From NCBI RefSeq assembly GCF_004010195.1, contig NW_025215345.1, positions 33,540-75,730 on the forward strand: a DNA stretch of 42,191 bases, given 5' to 3'. The position numbers were made by a program, and so were the translations under genes. This DNA is from Chiloscyllium plagiosum (lineage: Eukaryota). Below, one piece after another: positions 38,801 to 42,191 of this stretch (positions are counted from its first letter, which is position 1; each line of letters opens with the position of its first letter). Below the pieces are notes generated by a model, which saw nothing but the letters and a program-made list of their open reading frames with translations, was not told where the DNA came from and ran no database searches.

Positions 38801-41800
38801 GACACGCTTTGACACTCCCTGAGGCATACTGTGACGCTCTCTGACAGACTGTGACACACTGCGGCACTCTCTGACAGATGTGACACACTGCGGCACTCTC
38901 TGACATTTCTGAAACAGAGTGTGACATTCCTTGACACTCTCTGAGGCATGCTGTGACATTCTCTGACAGACTGTGACAGACTGTGACAATCGCTGACACA
39001 AACCGACACTCTCTGACACAAACTGACACTCTCTGACTCTCTCTGACATTTTCTGAGACACACTGTGACACTCTCTGACTCTCTCTGAATCTCTCTGACC
39101 GACTGTGAGACACTGAGACACAGTGTGACACGCTCTGACCGACACTGACACACTGTGACACTCTCTGAGACATACTGTGACACACTGTGACCCTGTGTGA
39201 CACTTTCTGGGACAGATTGTGACTCTCTCTGACACTCTCTGAAACACATTGTGACACTTCTGATAGACGGTGACACATTGTGACATTTCTTGACACTTTC
39301 TGACGCTTTCTGAGACTCACGTGACACTCCCTTACACTCTCTGAGACACACTGTGTATCTCTGACAGACTGTGACACACTGTGAAACTCTCTGACTCTCT
39401 CTGCCACTCCCTTACACTATTTGAGATAGACTGCGATACTCTCTGACAGACTGTGATACACTGTGACACTCTCTGCCTCTCTCTGACACGCTCACTGACA
39501 CACAATAATACTCTCTGAATCTCTCTGAGACACAGTGTGACACTCTCTGACACATTCTGTCTCTCTCAGACGCTCCCTCCGATACATTGTGACAATCCGT
39601 GACACACTGTGACACTCTGAAACTCTGAGACACACTGTGACACTCTCTGTTTCTCTGAGACACACTGCGACACCCTCTGAGACAGACTGTGAAACACATT
39701 GACACTCTCTGACTCTCTGAGGCACTCGTTGCCACGCTCTGACACACTGTGACTCTCTCTGAAAGACTGTGCCACTCTCCGACACTCCGAGGCACGCTGC
39801 AACACTCTCTGACAAACTGTTACACACTGTAACACTCTCTGACTCTCTCTGATACTCTTAGATACACACTGTGAAACTCTCTGACTCTCTCTGTCACACC
39901 CTGAAACACACCGTGACACTCTTAGATAGACTGTGACACAGTGTGATATTTTTGGACTCTCCCCGACCCACTCTGACACTCGCTGAAACACGCTGTGACA
40001 CTCTCTGACTCTCTTGGACACTCTCTGACACTCCCTTACCCTCTCTGCGACACACTGTGACTCTTTCTGACAGACTGTGACACACTGTGGAACTCACTGA
40101 CTCTCTCTGCCATTCTCTGAGACACAATGTGGAACTCTCTGACTCTCTCTGAGACACACTGTGACACCGTCTATCTCTCTCTCTGGATCTCTCTGACCGA
40201 CTGTGTGACACTGAGACACACTGTAACACTCTGTGACCGACACTGACACACTGTGACACTCTCTGAGACATACTGTGACACACTCTGACCCTGTTTGACA
40301 CTTTCTGAGACAGACTGTGACTCTCTCCAACACTCTCTGAAACACACTGTGACACTCCCTGATAGACTGTGACACAGTGTGACACATTTTGACTCTCTCT
40401 GACATTTTCTGAGTCATACTGTGCCACTCTCTAACACACTGTGACACTTTATTACCCTCTCGTAGACACACTGTGACACGCTCTGATCTCTGAGACACAC
40501 TGTGGCACTCTCTGACTCTCTCTGACACTCTCTGAAACACACTGTTGCACTTTCTGACTCTCTCTGACACTCTCTGAAACACACTGTGGCACTCTCTGAC
40601 TCTCTCTGACACTCTCTGAAACGTTCTGTGGCATTCTGTGAGAGACTGCGACACACTGTGACATTTTATGACTCCCTCCAACACTCTCTGAGACGCAGAT
40701 TGACACTCTCTGACTCTTTCTGAGACATAATGTGCCACTCTCTGACTCTCTCTGTCACTCTCTGCAAACACTGTGACACTCTCTGACAGACTGTGTGACA
40801 TACTGTGACACTTTTTGACTCTGCATGAAACACTGTGTAACACACTCTGACACTCTGTGAGACACTCTGTAACACTCTCTGTCTCTATCTGGGACATACT
40901 TTGACACTCCCTGACTCTCTCTGACACACTCAGAGACACACTGTGACACTCTCTGACTCTCTCTCACACTCTCTGTAACACACTGTGACACTCTCTGACT
41001 CTCACTGACACTCTCAGTAACACACTGTGATGTACTTTGATTTTCACTGGCACTCTCCGAACTGTTCTGTGACACTCTCTGACAGACTGCGACACACTGT
41101 GGCACTTTTTGACTCTCTCTGTAACTCTCGAAGAACCAGTGTGACATTCTCTGACTCTTAGAGACTTACTGTTCCACTCTGTGACAGACTGTGCCACTCT
41201 CTGACCCTGTCTGAAACTCTCTGAGACACACTGTGACACTCTCTGACGCTATATGACACACAATGTGACACTCTCATACACTCTCTGAGACACACTGTGA
41301 CACTTTCTGTCTCTCTCTGATCGATTGTGAGACAATGAGACACACTGTGACACTCTGACAGACTGTGACACACTGCGGCACTCTCTTACATTTCTGAAAC
41401 AGAGTGTGACATTCTTTGACACTCTCTGAGGCATGCTGTGACATTCTTTGACAGACTGTGACAGACTGTGACAATCGCTGACATCCTCTGACACTCTCTG
41501 ACACAAACTGACACTCTCTGACTCTCTCTGACATTGTCTGAGACAAACTGTGACACTCTCTGACTCTCTCTGAATCTCTCTGACCGACTGTGAGACACAG
41601 AGACACACTGTGACACTCTCTGACTGACACAGACACACTGTGACACTCTCGGAGACATACTGTGAGACACTCTGACCCTGTTTGACACTTTCTGAGACAG
41701 ACTGTGACTCTCTCCGACACTCTCTGAAACACATTGTGACACTCTCTGACAGACGGTGACTCAATGTGACACTTTTGACACTTTCTGACACTCTCTGAAA

Positions 41801-42191
41801 CTCACGTGACACTCCCTTACACAATCAGAGACAGACTGCGATACTCTCTGACAGTCTGTGATACACTGTGACACTCTCTGCCTCTCTCTGACACTGTCTC
41901 TGACACACAATGATACTCTCTGAACCTCTCTGAGACACTGTGAGACTCTCTGAAACATTCTGACTCTCTCCCACGCTCTCTCTGACACACTGTGGCAAAC
42001 TGTGACACACTGTGTCACTCTGACACTCTGAGACACACTTTGACACTCTCTGTCTCTCTGAGACACACTGTGACACTCTCTGAGACACACTGTGAAACAC
42101 TTTGACATGCACTGACACTCTGAGCCACACTGACACGGTCTGACACTGTGACTCTCTCTGACAGAATGTGACACACTGTGACTCTCTCTGA
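32800..42191 (+). repeat. Satellite domain 3 with a 2.2-2.5 kb higher-order repeat (left boundary approximate)
   Basis: catttctgaaacagagtgtgacattc at about 36694, 38904 and 41389; ctcacgtgacactcccttacac at about 37107, 39316 and 41801. Both markers give spacings of about 2210 and 2485. Confidence 0.8.
40501..40626. repeat. 42-bp unit, three tandem copies
   Basis: tgtggcactctctgactctctctgacactctctgaaacacac-like units start at 40501, 40543 and 40585. Confidence 0.85.

Larger units (their letters stand above)
5714..42191 (+). repeat. Complex low-complexity satellite, main array (C/T-rich strand on +), running off the window end
   Basis: Continuous 36.5 kb of TGACACTCTC, TGACTCTCTC and TGAGACACACTG words with W/S alternation. 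I noticed no unique sequence, transposon insertion or further orientation change. Confidence 0.97.

Noticed and set aside
4233..42174. Hundreds of 60-409 aa ORFs as protein-coding genes (Cys-rich, keratin-associated-like or zinc-finger-like)
   Set aside because: They overlap in all three frames with the same motifs, flip strand with the inversion, and are explained by stop-codon exclusion in the repeat. No domain, regular C2H2 spacing or splice structure is visible.
5714..42191. CACAATG/CACTATG words as Transib or ProtoRAG terminal inverted repeats; TGACAG, TGACTC and CAGAC as transcription-factor sites
   Set aside because: They are single-base variants or inevitable sub-words of the repeat vocabulary, with no paired termini, transposase or other supporting context.
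1..42191. tRNA, rRNA or telomeric (TTAGGG)n arrays
   Set aside because: No such sequence seen on either strand.

Overview
Eukaryotic (vertebrate) non-coding DNA, most likely from a shark or other elasmobranch. I infer this from recognising the retroposon fragments in 1-3750; no search was run. Bases 1-4127 are AT-rich intron/intergenic-like sequence containing decayed CR1-clade LINE pieces, an HE1-like SINE, two copies of a Penelope-like repeat each with a mutated minimal hammerhead-ribozyme core, and one candidate 93-bp minus-strand exon. Bases 4128-42191 (about 90% of the window) are one complex satellite made of short words (TGACACTCTC, TGACTCTCTC, TGAGACACAC-TG) in which weak (A/T) and strong (C/G) bases alternate. 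Its first 1.55 kb (4128-5675) is inverted relative to the rest, begins and ends with the same 95-bp sequence, and joins the main array through a short reiterated junction. The main array has three successive sequence domains with kb-scale higher-order repeats. The hundreds of S/Q/R/V/C/E-rich ORFs are by-products of the repeat. I cannot support any protein-coding gene or a new gene system here; the interest lies in the satellite architecture and the ribozyme relics.
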